Shown: positions 1 to 12,748 of the stretch, in pieces
Layout of the letters: every line of letters begins with the position of its first letter
Position numbering within the stretch: position 1 is the first letter of the stretch
Made by a program: the position numbers and the translations under genes
Notes under the pieces: model-generated
What the model was told of the DNA's origin: nothing
The model's input: the letters and a program-made list of their open reading frames with translations, nothing else
Databases searched by the model: none
Assembly: GCF_964204645.1 (NCBI RefSeq)
Contig: NC_134032.1
Location: 806,001 to 870,000 of the forward strand
Source: Tubulanus polymorphus
Lineage: Eukaryota; Animalia; Nemertea
DNA: 64,000 nt
Reading direction: 5' to 3'

Positions 1-2219
1 TCGTTTTTGCATAATAGTTGTTTTGCGCGGTAGAAAAAAACTAACTTTCGTTTGTGCTACCGCACAAAAACGAAATAGCTCCATGATTTTTCGTTTTTGT
101 TCCATTATATTCGTTTTTGTGCCCTAGAAAAATAACCAGTTTTTGCCACCGCACAAAACGAAATATCATAGAGCAAAATCGAAAATATTCGTTTTTGCTC
201 CATGATTTTTCGTTTTTGGTCCATTATAATCGTTCTTGTGCCCTGGAAAAAAAAAAACCAGTGTTTGCTTCCGCACAAAACGAAATATCATAGAGAAAAA
301 TCGAAAAGCTTCGTTTTTTTCTCCATTTTATTCGTTGTTGTGCCCTGGAAAAAAAATCAGTGTTTGCTTCCGCACAAAACGAAATATCATAGAGCAAAAT
401 CGAAAAGATTCGTTTTTGCTCCATGATTTTTCGTTTTTGCTCCATTTTATTCCTTGTTGTGCCCTGGAAAAAAAATCAGTGTTTGCTTCCGCACAAAACG
501 AAATATCATAGAGCAAAATCGAAAAGATTCGTTTTTGCTCCATGATTTTTCGTTTTTGCTCCATTTTATTCCTTGTTGTGCCCTGGAAAAAAACCAGTGT
601 TTGCTTCCGCACAAGACGAAATATCATAGAGCAGAGACGAAAATATTCGTTTTTGCTCCATGAGTTTTCGTTTTAGCTCCATTATTTTCGTTTTTGTGCC
701 CTAGAAAAATAACCAGTTTTTGCCACCGCACAAAACGAAATATCATAGAGCAAAAACGAAAAGATTCGTTTTTGCTCCATGATTTTTCGTTTTAGCTCCA
801 TTTTATTTGTTTTTGTGCCCTAGCAAAAACCACCTCGTTTTTGCTACCGAACAAAACGAAATATCATAGAGCAAAAACGAAAATATTCGTTTTTGCTCCA
901 TGATTTTTCGTTTTAGCTCCATTATTTTCGTTTTTGTGCCCAAGAAAAAAATCAGTTTTTGCCACCGCACAAAACGAAATATCATGGAGCAAAAACGAAA
1001 ATATTCGTTTTTGCTCCATGATTTTTCGTTTTTGGTCCATTATATTCGTTTTTGTGCCCTAGAAAAATAACCAGTTTTTGCTTCCGCACAAAACGAAATA
1101 TCATGGAGCAAAATCGAAAAGATTCGTTTTTGCTCCATGATTTTTCGTTTGAGCTCCATTTTATTTGTTTTTGTGCCCTAGCAAAAACCACCTCGTTTTT
1201 GCTACCGCACAAAACGAAATATCATAGAGCAAAAACGAAAATATTCGTTTTTGCTCCATGATTTTTCGTTTGAGCTCCATTTTATTTGTTTTTGTGCCCT
1301 AGCAAAAACCACCTCGTTTTTGCTACCGAACAAAACGAAATATCATAGAACAAAAACGAAAAGATTCGTTTTTGCTCCATGATTTTTCGTTTTAGCTCCA
1401 TTTCATTTGTTTTTGTGCCCAAGAAAAAAACCAGTTTTTGCCACCGCACAAAACGAAATATCATAGAGCAAAAACGAAAATATTCGTTTTTGCTCCATGA
1501 TTTTTCGTTTTAGCTCCATTATTTTCGTTTTTGTGCCCAAGAAAAAAATCAGTTTTTGCCACCGCACAAAACGAAATATCATGGAGCAAAAACGAAAATA
1601 TTCGTTTTTGCTCCATGCTTTTTCGTTTTTGGTCCATTATATTCGTTTTTGTGCCCTAGAAAAATAACCAGTTTTTGCTTCCGCACAAAACGAAATATCA
1701 TAGAGCAAAATCGAAAAGATTCGTTTTTGCTCCATGATTTTTCGTTTTAGCTCCATTTTATTTGTTTTTGTGCCCTAGCAAAAACCACCTCGTTTTTGCT
1801 ACCGAACAAAACGAAATATCATAGAACAAAAACGAAAAGATTCGTTTTTGCTCCATGATTTTTCGTTTTAGCTCCATTTCATTTGTTTTTGTGCCCAAGA
1901 AAAAAACCAGTTTTTGCCACCGCACAAAACGAAATATCATAGAGCAAAAACGAAAATATTCGTTTTTGCTCCATGATTTTTCGTTTTAGCTCCATTATTT
2001 TCGTTTTTGTGCCCAAGAAAAAAATCAGTTTTTGCCACCGCACAAAACGAAATATCATGGAGCAAAAACGAAAATATTCGTTTTTGCTCCATGCTTTTTC
2101 GTTTTTGGTCCATTATATTCGTTTTTGTGCCCTAGAAAAATAACCAGTTTTTGCTTCCGCACAAAACGAAATATCATAGAGCAAAATCTAAAAGATTCGT
2201 TTTTGCTCCATGATTTTTC
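1..2219. repeat. Satellite array, ~119-bp monomer built from ~20-bp subrepeats, with a 476-bp higher-order period
   Basis: GCACAAAACGAAATATCAT recurs about every 119 bp. Subrepeat TTTTCGTTTTTGCTCCATGA. ORF pairs 1282/1758 (identical) and 1556/2032 (near-identical) are both 476 bp apart. The array runs off the left edge. Confidence 0.95.
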
Positions 2220-3094
2220 AAGAGCTGCTTTTTGTATACACTAACTTTTGCTCTGAAGCAGTACTTCATTTATCCTTGGAGTAATCATTTGCCAAATGAT
2301 TACTCCAAGTAATCATCCACTTATCGAACTTAAACTTCCACTTATCGAAGTACATTGTTATGGATTATTATGGAGCACAAACGAAAAATTATGGAGCAAA
2401 AACGAATATTTAGTTTTTGCTTTATAACATTTCATTTTTCGTTTTTGCTCTAAAAGTTTCGTTTCACATTTTTCTATAATCGCGGTCATGTAAAAATTAT
2501 TGCATTCCATGACACGAGTCCAATAAACTTCGATTCAAATCAGATTCTATTGGGTATATTGCCTGTTCGAACCTTGCGATTTCAAACGCAACACTTGACT
2601 ATCATATCAGCGTTCCTTGAAATAGTTGTGCCAGTCATATCAGATTCGAATCCCGATAATCCGCAATCTATTTTTCCATTTTGATAATTCACTTTATTTA
2701 CGTATCAAGCCTAGATGTTTTGGGCAGAAAACCCGTTATTGTTGTTACAATTTGTACTGCTTGCTTAAGACTATTCGAAGTCAAGGGTAAAACGCGGAAC
2801 TGGAATTGATGGTAAATGTTTTTCTCGCCGCGTATGGAACGGTGCAATTATTGCCCACTTTGAAAATCTACACTGACAAAAATCATAAACAGTTAACAAC
2901 CCGATCACTACTAGCAGTTTTATTGAATCTAATTATAACACGATATTTGACGACTGAGATACAAATATAGATTAAATTCGAGTGTCTTCTGTTTATAGTT
3001 AGTGAGTAAACTGGCTGTAGTTCAGTTTCATAATCGGATATTTCCCAAACCACCACAAGTATATCCCATTATAAACCAGCATTATCACCAGCGA

Positions 3095-3422
3095 TTAGGA
3101 TAAACAGTTTCCGGCCCAACATTTCTTTTTGCAACAATCACTATCTTCGGAACACGTTCCCGTTATTTTCACGCAACCTATATATGTATATATATATATT
3201 TTCGTAAAGCATGAAATTAACGATGGAATTATTGAATTTACCTCAATTGAAAAGAAATAATTGGGAATAGATGTTTACTGATAATCGCTACATTAATCTA
3301 TAGTAATCATGGAACCCGATGTATTAGTTTTTTTTCAAATGTTACTCACCTGCGGCAAATGATGCGGCACTGACCATGATCACAACAATAGTACACACGC
3401 GTGTTGTCAGATAAGCGAGCAT
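3095..3422 (-). CDS. Secreted inhibitor-cystine-knot (knottin) toxin-like peptide precursor, 51 aa, 2 coding exons
   Basis: Exon 3422-3350 encodes MLAYLTTRVCTIVVIMVSAASFAA (signal peptide) and ends at a phase-1 GTGAGT donor. Intron 3349-3178 ends in TAG. Exon 3177-3095 encodes GCVKITGTCSEDSDCCKKKCWAGNCLS*. Cys spacing C-x6-C-x5-CC-x3-C-x4-C. Acceptor TTTTAG lies just upstream of the ATG (3432-3433); AATAAA on the minus strand at 2919-2924. Confidence 0.82.
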
Positions 3423-4442
3423 TTTCTTTTCCTAAAATGTGAATTAATTTCATCAGCGAATTGATATCTTTGGAAATCCCAAAATCTAATCATTCAACGG
3501 TTTTCATCGGGATCTCGATGAATAAACTTTTGTCGGAAAATGCACCAGCTTTAGAATGCCGCGAGCTTCCTGCTTTGCTGGCTTGCACGCTGTACTGTGA
3601 GTTTCGTCAAAATTAGTTTCATCAGTTCTTATAGTGAAAATGAATTTTATTATTAATACAGCGAACATTAACATTAATCTCGATAATCTAATTCCCACCT
3701 CATAAGAAAAATTTGGTAGTTAATTTCATGCAGCTTAAATTGAAATCTTTATTTGGTAGAATAATTAGAATGTACTACTATTATAATAGACGGTATAACC
3801 AGTGACACGTCGTCAAACAATTCCCCACTATCACAATTCGTATGTTATCTATCTACTTACGGTTTGCGTTCGTATCATTAACGTTTGGTTGCTGCATTCA
3901 ATATAGAAACCTGTTTATGTAGAACTTTCGCTCGTGAATTTGACACTTCAGATATTGAATACACTATTTACTTTTCAATTCAATTCTCTCAACTTGTCGG
4001 GTGTGTAAATTGTACTGTACCTGAATCCCGAGTGGGATCGAGTGAAATATGAAACTATTTCGTCTGGTATATGAAATTTGATATTTTGATATATGGAATG
4101 TCTTATTTCGGTGAAATACAAGGTACTATTCTACTTAACTTGATCTTGGTTTATCTAAGCATTTCTTTCTGTTTCATAAGCTTTCCCATTTATTTGAAGA
4201 GGCCAGAGCCACATCGGCATTTTCCTGACCTTTCTCATTTATTCATACGGATACCTTTGATCAGGAAACTATGAATTCAAAATCAGTAATCTCATAATTA
4301 CTTCTAATTAACCAATTTAACGAATTGTAGTTTTGCCTGCAACTAATTGACCATATCCGCCACTTACATTTGAATCGTATAGCAACGACAATGGAGTTGA
4401 AATCGATAATGTCGACTATTTTATATTTTCTAAGATATTAAA

Positions 4443-4790
4443 GTACCATTCTCCACCGGCAGGGATTCGAACCTGATGGCACGGTACAAAACCCTGTCAC
4501 ACTAGACCGAGTGCGCAGTTACACGCGCAGCTTAGATGATGTCATTATCATCCAATCAGATATCCCGTTTTTTATTTCAGGCCGGGTTTTCCCGTTTATA
4601 GTTCTTCCGTTAAATTTACCTCAGCGATTATACAACGAGCAATCTGATTGGTGCCGCCAGTTTTCGTTCGGAAAGCTGCGCATGTACCTGCGCACCCGGT
4701 CTACTGATGCAGGGGTTCGTGCCGTGGCTGAGTGTAGCGATGTCATCAGGTTCGAATCCCTGCCGTGGGAGGATGGTAAATGGGAGGCTG
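4443..4790. mobile_element. Inverted pair of tRNA-like SINE/MITE arms with Pol III B-box
   Basis: The reverse complement of 4443-4533 (AAGCTGCGCGTGTAACTGCGCACTCGGTCTA...CATCAGGTTCGAATCCCTGCCG) matches 4673-4780 (AAGCTGCGCATGTACCTGCGCACCCGGTCTA...CATCAGGTTCGAATCCCTGCCG). Both contain GGTTCGAATCC. Confidence 0.6.
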
Positions 4791-4948
4791 ATATATCGGG
4801 GATGTTTTACTATGTATTTGTATAGAAATGTACATTGAGAAAACCTCGCGGTAGGCTGGGGTGACGGTATATGGGATGGCGGTATATCGGGGGATGATGA
4901 CTGTATGTCTCGGGTGAACTCTTAATCAAGGAACATTTGTAAATTCCG

Positions 4949-5796
4949 GGGCCGGTTTCACAAAGGGTAATTAACCCTTAATTATGATTAAATCACTAAT
5001 CATGATTGAATTATCATGATTTAATCAAGTTAGGTGTTTCACAAAACGTAATCAACTTAAATTATAATTAAGTTAACTACAAAATTTAATTCTCCTCTAG
5101 AGTGTAATTAAACCATTTAATCATCATTAGTTTATTATTAAAAACAAAAAGCTGCAGATATTATTCATGGAATTTGGTGTTTATTAATTGACGACGGCAC
5201 TTATTCAGTTTTTCAGATTGTTTGGCTCAAATAATTTGGATTTTTTTCTTTTTGTAAAAAAGGCATGTCAATACTCTAAATTCTATTGATTTATTTTCAA
5301 AAATCAAACGTCCTATGTTTTTGTCAGCACGACCACCACATACTTAGAAGTATTGAATTAATTGATTTTGTCCAAACATATGATAGATTTCTGTCAGTAG
5401 AGTACATATCTATGGAGTTAGTGTTAACAAGTGCTAATCACTGCTCGGAAATAAACCCCATTTACGAGGATTTTATTTTGCTGACTGGAGGTGAGTTTCC
5501 ACTGGTTCCTGAGACCTTTCAGAGCAATCTTTAACTCCCAAAGGAGTGAATTTCTCTTCCTCTAAACAAGGAAGGTTGTTGATGCTTGGACAGTAAATGG
5601 CTGTCTAAAGTTCCGCCATTTTGATACAGTTAAATTGTAATTAAGTTGCCTAATTATGTAATTAGTTAATTTTGTAATTAAACCCTTTCGTGAAACCGAA
5701 TTTTAATCGTAATAAACTAATCATGATTAAGGAAATTTAATCATGATTTAGGTCCTAATTATAATTAAAGTTAATTATGCTTTGTGAAACCGGCCC
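4949..5796. mobile_element. Non-autonomous PIF/Harbinger-like element with long imperfect TIRs
   Basis: Ends GGGCCGGTTTCACAAAG ... CTTTGTGAAACCGGCCC. AT-rich subterminal similarity extends over ~100 bp. Flanks CCG/CAG (degenerate 3-bp CWG-type TSD). Confidence 0.75.
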
Positions 5797-6344
5797 CAGA
5801 TGTCGTCAAAACACTGGCTTCAAACGTACAGACACATGCGTGAGACAAGTTTCTATAACCATTAGATAAATCAACTAAACTCACGAAGACAATTCTTAAA
5901 TAGCGTTGAAAGATGAAATTATATTTTTTTCAGAATTCAAACCGAAATACGAATAGTTTTAATCAGCGAGAATTGATTAGAATAAATTGAAAAAAAAACA
6001 AAAGAAATACTGAAGAATTCAAACGGCATCTTTGCGTTTCTACACCAATGGTTCGTCCTCGATTTATTTGTCCGGAAACCAAAGCCTTTTTATCCTGTTT
6101 TTGTAATCATCTGCTGCCAATACATTTTCATTTTCGGCTGAAGCCACGGTACAAATGAAGGCGAACATCCCGAAAATTAGAACAAGCAATTTGAACACCC
6201 CACCTAGAAATAAATGCATACATTCATGCCGGCATCGTAAACCTAGTCCAGATATATATATCCTACGTATATATCAAACTAGTTTGTAAGTCTAATTTTG
6301 TTTGTCGCGGTTCCGACTGCTAATTCATGTATTTAATAAAATAG

Positions 6345-6513
<169 letters not shown>

Positions 6514-6640
6514 GAGATCGAAACGTCATGTCTTTTATATATTTTAGATTGAATAAATAAATTCTGGTTTTTAAATTCTTTTAATCTGTAAATAGTGGGA
6601 TTTCATCTTATCATCCGTTCACCACGGTTAAGTGTGGTTT

Positions 6641-6645
<5 letters not shown>

Positions 6646-6730
<85 letters not shown>
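6646..6730. repeat. (AT)n microsatellite
   Basis: Pure AT dinucleotide run of ~85 bp. Confidence 0.97.
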
Positions 6731-6735
<5 letters not shown>

Positions 6736-7319
6736 TATATATTTGTTTAGAATCAATTACTCTTATTAGAATGATTCATGTCTAAAAGCAAAAATTATTT
6801 AGATTTATTTAGAATTTGGAAGAAGTCGGACGTATAGAGAGTATGTATTTTTGCTAAAAGTGATAAATGTATATGGATAACTTACTGATCATCGTTGATA
6901 ATCCTGGAAAATATGTTCGAAATTATTAGGATATGAAATTGGAACCACAGCCTAAGAATTGTCGTAGTGAAAATTGTCACATGGACACAGAATCAGAAAC
7001 TGAAACTGAAAATAATAATCATAATTCATTGATAACTTACGCGTTCGGGAGAACTAACTGAATTCAGCTGTGAATCTCATTCTGATGGGGGCTATTATAA
7101 ATCGCCAGCCAGACAAGTGTTTTCTCAGCGGTAGTAACTCGATATAACAATGCATATTAACAGCTTGTTCAATTTTCGAAAATGAAAGGAATTCGAATCC
7201 ACTTTATAAATCGATTAGAACAGTTCAACAAATTCAGCTGGTTCGAGCTCTGTCTTTGTTTACTGTATATTTTCTATATGTTTTAGCTAATGAATGCCTA
7301 CTATAACAAAACTCACCCT

Positions 7320-8010
7320 CTAATATCTGGTGTTTGTAGTTCATTTTCAATTAGAAATGTCTCAGATGAAGTTCTGAACACATGCGAAGTGTGGACGATC
7401 AGTTTATGAAAGTGTTCTGATAAAATGTCTAATATTGGGGGTTTGTAGTTCATTTTCAATTAAAAATGTCTCAGATGAAGTTCTGAACACATGTGAAGTG
7501 TGGACGATCAGTTTATGGAAGTGTGCTGATAAAATGTCTAATGTCTGGTGTTTGTAGTTCATTTTCAATTAGAAATGTCTCAGGTGAAGCACTGAACACA
7601 TGTGAAGTGTGGACGATCAGTTTTTGAAAGTGTGCTGATAAAATGTCTAATATCTGGTGTTTGTAGTTCATTTTCAATTAGAAATGTCTCAGGTGAAGCA
7701 CTGAACACATGTGAAGTGTGGACGATCAGTTTTTGAAAGTGTGCTGATAAAATGTCTAATGTCTGGTGTTTGTAGTTCATTTTCAATTAGAAATGTCTCA
7801 GGTGAAGCACTGAACACATGTGAAGTGTGGACGATCAGTTTTTGAAAGTGTGCTGATAAAATGTCTAATGTCTGGTGTTTGTAGTTCATTTTCAATTAGA
7901 AATGTCTCAGGTGAAGCACTGAACACATGTGAAGTGTGGACGATCAGTTTTTGAGAGTGTGCCGTTAAAATGTCTAATGTCTGGTGTTTGTAGTTCAGGT
8001 GAAGTTCTTA
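7320..8010. repeat. 109-bp tandem repeat, ~6 copies
   Basis: Unit TCTGGTGTTTGTAGTTCATTTTCAATTAGAAATGTCTCAGGTGAAGCACTGAACACATGTGAAGTGTGGACGATCAG...; identical ORFs 109 bp apart (7580/7689). Confidence 0.95.
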
Positions 8011-8812
8011 ACACGATTCATGTGTTCAATAATTAGGTAGATATTCGTTTTGGGGTCTCTTTGTCCGGGTCTATCAAATAGCGCCAACCAGTCCGGTCTA
8101 TATCGCTCGAACTAAAAACTGAATTCAGTATTACATGTACATAACACCAGTCAGAGTGGACAGTTTGTTTAGTTGGATAATTCAGGTTGATCGAGCTCTT
8201 TTTTCTGTCGTGGGTCGACGAACTTTAGACTGAATATCAGCCATTGCGTTCTTGGTATGGCCCAAAAAGAGCACCGACTTTTTCAACAAAACATGCAGCA
8301 ATAGCCCCACCTATTAGCAGTTGGACGACTCGCATATAAGAAGAAACGAATGTTAGACAACGGAAGTCCATAAATGCGTATTCTTTGCCGAACCCAAACT
8401 TGAACTGAAAGCCGTCATGAAAACCGTAAATGCAAATGATGATAAAGAAGTTTTTGGTAGTTTCGTACCAAAAAGTACCAAAATACCAATAAATCCATCT
8501 ATTCGTGGAAAATGTACGTGCGATCTGCGATATAAGGACATACGTAGATTCGAAATGTACAACTCTTATGAGCTACTTAGAGCTTAACAGAAAAACCGTC
8601 ACAATAATGTTCATATACATTGATACCTAGTATGCGTTATATAAGGGGTTCTGGGTGAGTCGATGTGCACTACGTCATCAAGATTTGCGTTTCAAGTTAA
8701 CATTTACAATAACAATTACTAATTAAAATTGCGTTTGTTTTGTGATTGATTAGATTGTATGACACTTATTTCATCACTATCGGTTATAACGAACAGATTT
8801 TCTGCTGTCCAG

Positions 8813-8950
8813 GGCCCAGTTGCATAGTCGAGACTTAAGTCCAAAAGTGGTCTTAAATATTAAGACGGGTCTTAAGTTGTCAGATTGGCTATAGAACTAA
8901 GTTTGTCTTAGACTGGTCTTAAGTCTAAGTCATGACTGTGCAACCGGCCC
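8813..8950. mobile_element. Harbinger-like MITE carrying about one unit of the 47-bp satellite, nested in a pogo/Tigger-like MITE fragment (8778-9045)
   Basis: TIRs GGCCCAGTTGCATAGTC / GACTGTGCAACCGGCCC, flanks CAG/CTG. Interrupts the GTTATAACGAACAGATTTTCTG...GTTGTAACGAGGTCCCACTGTA repeat. Confidence 0.7.
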
Positions 8951-9604
8951 CTGAAGTTTGTTGTAACGAGGTCCCACTGTATATAGAACAACCGGTCGTA
9001 ACGAACAGATTTCCTGTGAAGTTCGCTGTAACGCGGTTCCGCTGCCTTTTCCTAGACGAAGGACGGTCAAAAAGCGGGTAAAAGTCATCTCAGTTTGTTT
9101 ACATATCGCGTCTACTCAAGGGGTACTTGAAACATCGCCTGTGATGGCTGCCTGACTCTATTTTTAATGCGTTTAGCTGCAAAAACGGAAAGCCGAGAAA
9201 AGATAAGTCTTGTAAATAAACGAGTAAATTAAAGGATTGAATTCTGGCGAGCGTATAAAAAAAAGAACGAGTATAACGTCGAGTGAGCTTGTGTCTGTTC
9301 TATTACGTGTGGCATCCTAGCCAGATATGAAGCCGCTTGTAACATCATAACAAATTGAGATTAGCCAGATCCGACTCGTGTAAACGCCGTTTTAAACACT
9401 CAGGCCGTCGCGTCCAAAACATTCGTTTCTCGAGCGGCGAGCTCCGCGGTTTTCTGCAACTCGGAAATGATTATATTATTTTCACACGCACGCGCGCTAT
9501 CGATAGTAAAAAAGGTTTGATCGTATTTATTTTCGAAAATTCATATTCAGCCGTTTTAGATTGGAACTATATAACAGAAGCCACTTGCGCTTAGGTTAAA
9601 TACC

Positions 9605-10020
9605 TGTCTCAGCTCATTAACTTAAGTCCAGTCTAAGCTCGTTTTGGTTCTATAACGACCAATCGTAGCAACTTAATACCAGCCTAAGCTCACGTATGGT
9701 TCTAAAACACCTCGCAGAGCAGTCTAAGCTCATTTTAGTTCTTTAGCCAATCTAACAACTTAAGACCGGTCTAAGCTCATTTTAGTTCTATAACCAATCT
9801 AACAACTTAAGACCAGTCTAAGCTTATCTTAGTTCTATAACCAATCTAACAACTTAAGACCAGTCTAAGAGCAACTTAGTTCTATAACCAATCTAACAAC
9901 TTAAGACCAGTCTAAGAGCAACTTAGTTCTATAACCAATCTAACAACTTAAGACCAGTCTAAGCTTATCTTAGTTCTATAACCAATCTAAAAAGACTCGT
10001 TAGATTGGTTATAGCCAGTG
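9605..10020. repeat. 47-bp satellite array (MITE-associated family)
   Basis: Unit AACTTAAGACCAGTCTAAGCTCATTTTAGTTCTATAACCAATCTAAC repeated ~8 times. Confidence 0.9.
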
Positions 10021-11979
10021 AAGACGAATCTAATTTCAGCTGTGGTTTGAAGACCCATTAGTTTTTGACAGCTTATCTAAGAGTGTAAGTATTAAGATAT
10101 ACCGATTTCGGACTGAAGCCTGGCTTGTCGACTGGATGACTTACTTACAGACTTAAACAAATCCGAATTGTCCAAATATGGGGGGGGGGGTCAAGAGTCG
10201 TTGGTGCGGACTTTAACTTTGCTACTTCAACCGATTTCGTCAGCCACGCTTTTTTAAAAAACAACCCGAAACTTCCGCGCGGCCTTTTTAGCGGTCGCGA
10301 CTGAATCGAAACCTCGATCAAACCTCCATCGAGCTTTTTCGGCTTTGTGGCGCGCATCGATGGAAACGGAACGCTTTGAACCGCGGTTAGCGCGCGCGCC
10401 CGCGTCGCTTATCTCCGGCGAACGATTTTAGATGAAAGACGAAACGCAAATAAATTCAGCCTCGCTCGGCTGTAGTGAGCGTAGCGACCATGCTGTTTTC
10501 ACGGGGTTCTCGCCGCTGCATTCCCCGGGCCACTACGCCATTTAACACCTGCATTTTACCCTTAGTTCGATGAACTCTGGGGGGATTTATATTTTATGAG
10601 AGCGAAAACAGAGTTTGCTACAGTCACTAAAACACTTGAATCTACTTCCAAGAGTTCGAAGAATCCGATGCCTTCAATATTGCTTGACCATTTGAGCATT
10701 TTTTACGGATTTGAGATTCCGAAATCGGGAATTCATAATTTGCGAGAAAAAATTCAGAACCCGTTAAGCTATTCGGAATCCACAAGTTAAAAGTGCCAAA
10801 AATCGCCCGCGAATAAGGCTATAGATTTTGGCACTAATCAGTAATGAAACTGGTGTTGTTTTAAATGGGCTCAGAGAATGCGATAGCCTAATGTCGTGAT
10901 TACATGGCCACATAGCAGGGCCAGGTCCAGGTGTTTACATAGGGGGGGGGCAACAATGAAGTAGGACCCAAGATCCTAACGACAGCGAGGGGGGATTTGC
11001 CTCTGAAGATCTTTAAAAAGGAAGCCCGTTGGATGCATTTTAGAGGCCATATATATGTCTTGAAGTCACGGTCCTTACTTATTACACAACCACCCACTTT
11101 CAGGCAAAAACTGTGACAGATTTTTTTTAAAATCTGAATTAGTTATCAAGAACCTAACAATATGTATTCACATTCGCGCCAATCAAGAAAAAAAAACAGC
11201 TAGTAAAAATCACTATTATCCTGATTTTGGGTGTCCACCACTCACTCTCTGTCAACTCAAAATAGTATTTAAGACCATTGAATCCTATGCGCGAGAACTC
11301 TTGTTTAACACACGGGAACTAAGAACTAAATCTTTGAAGAAACAATGCGCTAAAAAGGTAAATCCAGAGATTTTTTTCCTGGCACTTTAGGGGGCAGCAC
11401 GTGACCGGCCGATGCTCTCCTAAACCCGCACTTCTTTCGTATTTACTCCAAATTCGAGATTCCTGACTATGGAGGCCACGAATGAGTATACACGACCTAT
11501 AAAGTAGGCCTTTACGGATTGGAATTTATTCTTTAATGCCTCCATAATCTCTCCATTAATCTAGCATTATTCGCAGAATTTTTGAAAGTCGTAATATCAA
11601 TTCCGCAATCTGCGCACGCGGTTTGAGCGGCTATCAATATTCGCGGCCACCATTTTTCTCTAAACCGACGCTTGTTACACGCTTAATTAAATTGTATTCG
11701 TCTTATCTATGACTACTACAAACTAGCGCTCGTTAGACTGGGGGCTTATCGGCGCTTATCGCGGCGAATTCTGTCGGTGAATTGCCGCTATTAATCAAAC
11801 AATGTTAGAACGCAATGAACAAGTCGTATATATGACCGGATCACCTGCTAGATGGAGGAATACATCGCTTTATATGAGAGGTGATGTAATACCCCGACAG
11901 TTGTTCCGCGGCCATCTGGACGTGTGGTATGCGACCAACGTTAGAGTTTTATGTGTTAAGAATGTCTTCCGAATCGAAC

Positions 11980-12240
11980 CGCCGTTTCGCTCCGGGCAGG
12001 TGTGACTGGTGGGTTTAGCAGACGACAGAGGGAAGCACGGAAACGGGAACCGGTAACATGTTTCCCCCCGTTTCGCTCCGGGCAGGTGTGACTGGTGGGT
12101 TTAGCAGACGACAGAAGGAAGCACGGAAACGGGAACCGGTAACATGTTTCCCCCCGTTTCGCTCCGGGCAGGTGTGACTGGTGGGTTTAGCAGACGACAG
12201 AGGGAAGCACGGAAACAGGAACCGGTAACATGTTTCTTTG
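11980..12240. repeat. 86-bp tandem repeat, 3 copies
   Basis: CCGTTTCGCTCCGGGCAGGTGTGACTGGTGGGTTTAGCAGACGACAG... starts at 11982, 12068 and 12154. Confidence 0.93.
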
Positions 12241-12487
12241 CGTTTCCCTGTGTCCGGTGTGTTTAGGAGAAACAAGAAACACGATTTCGGGAAACAATGT
12301 TTCCGAGATCGAACATGTCTGTTTCCGTGTTTTTGTATTTTTCTGCATGGGCCGCGAGCTTAAGGGACTTCAAATCCATGAGGGACAATCCCTATCCTAA
12401 GATAAAAAGAGAGAATGACTCCAAATATGACTTAGAAAGAAAATGAGATCCTTTCTTGTGTTGGTTGTATTCCACCTGATGAGGGTA

Positions 12488-12748
12488 CAGGCGCGGATCC
12501 AGAGAGGGTGGGGGGTTTTAGGGGTCGTGACCCCCCCTGCTCAGCTACCAAAAATTTTTTAACCGTTTTCATGGAGGAATGTACTCAAGACAAAGCGGAC
12601 GGAGAGTACCATAATCGGTACCATATCATCTTATGTTTGGCCAAACAATATGCCGTATAGGCCCCCTATCATTAGAGATTTTAGCCGGCATCTTAACATA
12701 ACCATCTTTATGAACCCCCTTCTGAAAAAAATCCTGGATCCGCGCCTT
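12488..12748. mobile_element. MITE with CAGGCGCGGATCCAG termini (possibly hAT-like)
   Basis: CAGGCGCGGATCCAG at 12488 and CTGGATCCGCGCCT ending at 12747; no clear TSD. Confidence 0.6.

Noticed and set aside
202-2244. Many overlapping 60-99 aa ORFs
   Set aside because: By-products of the satellite periodicity, on both strands, with no protein motif
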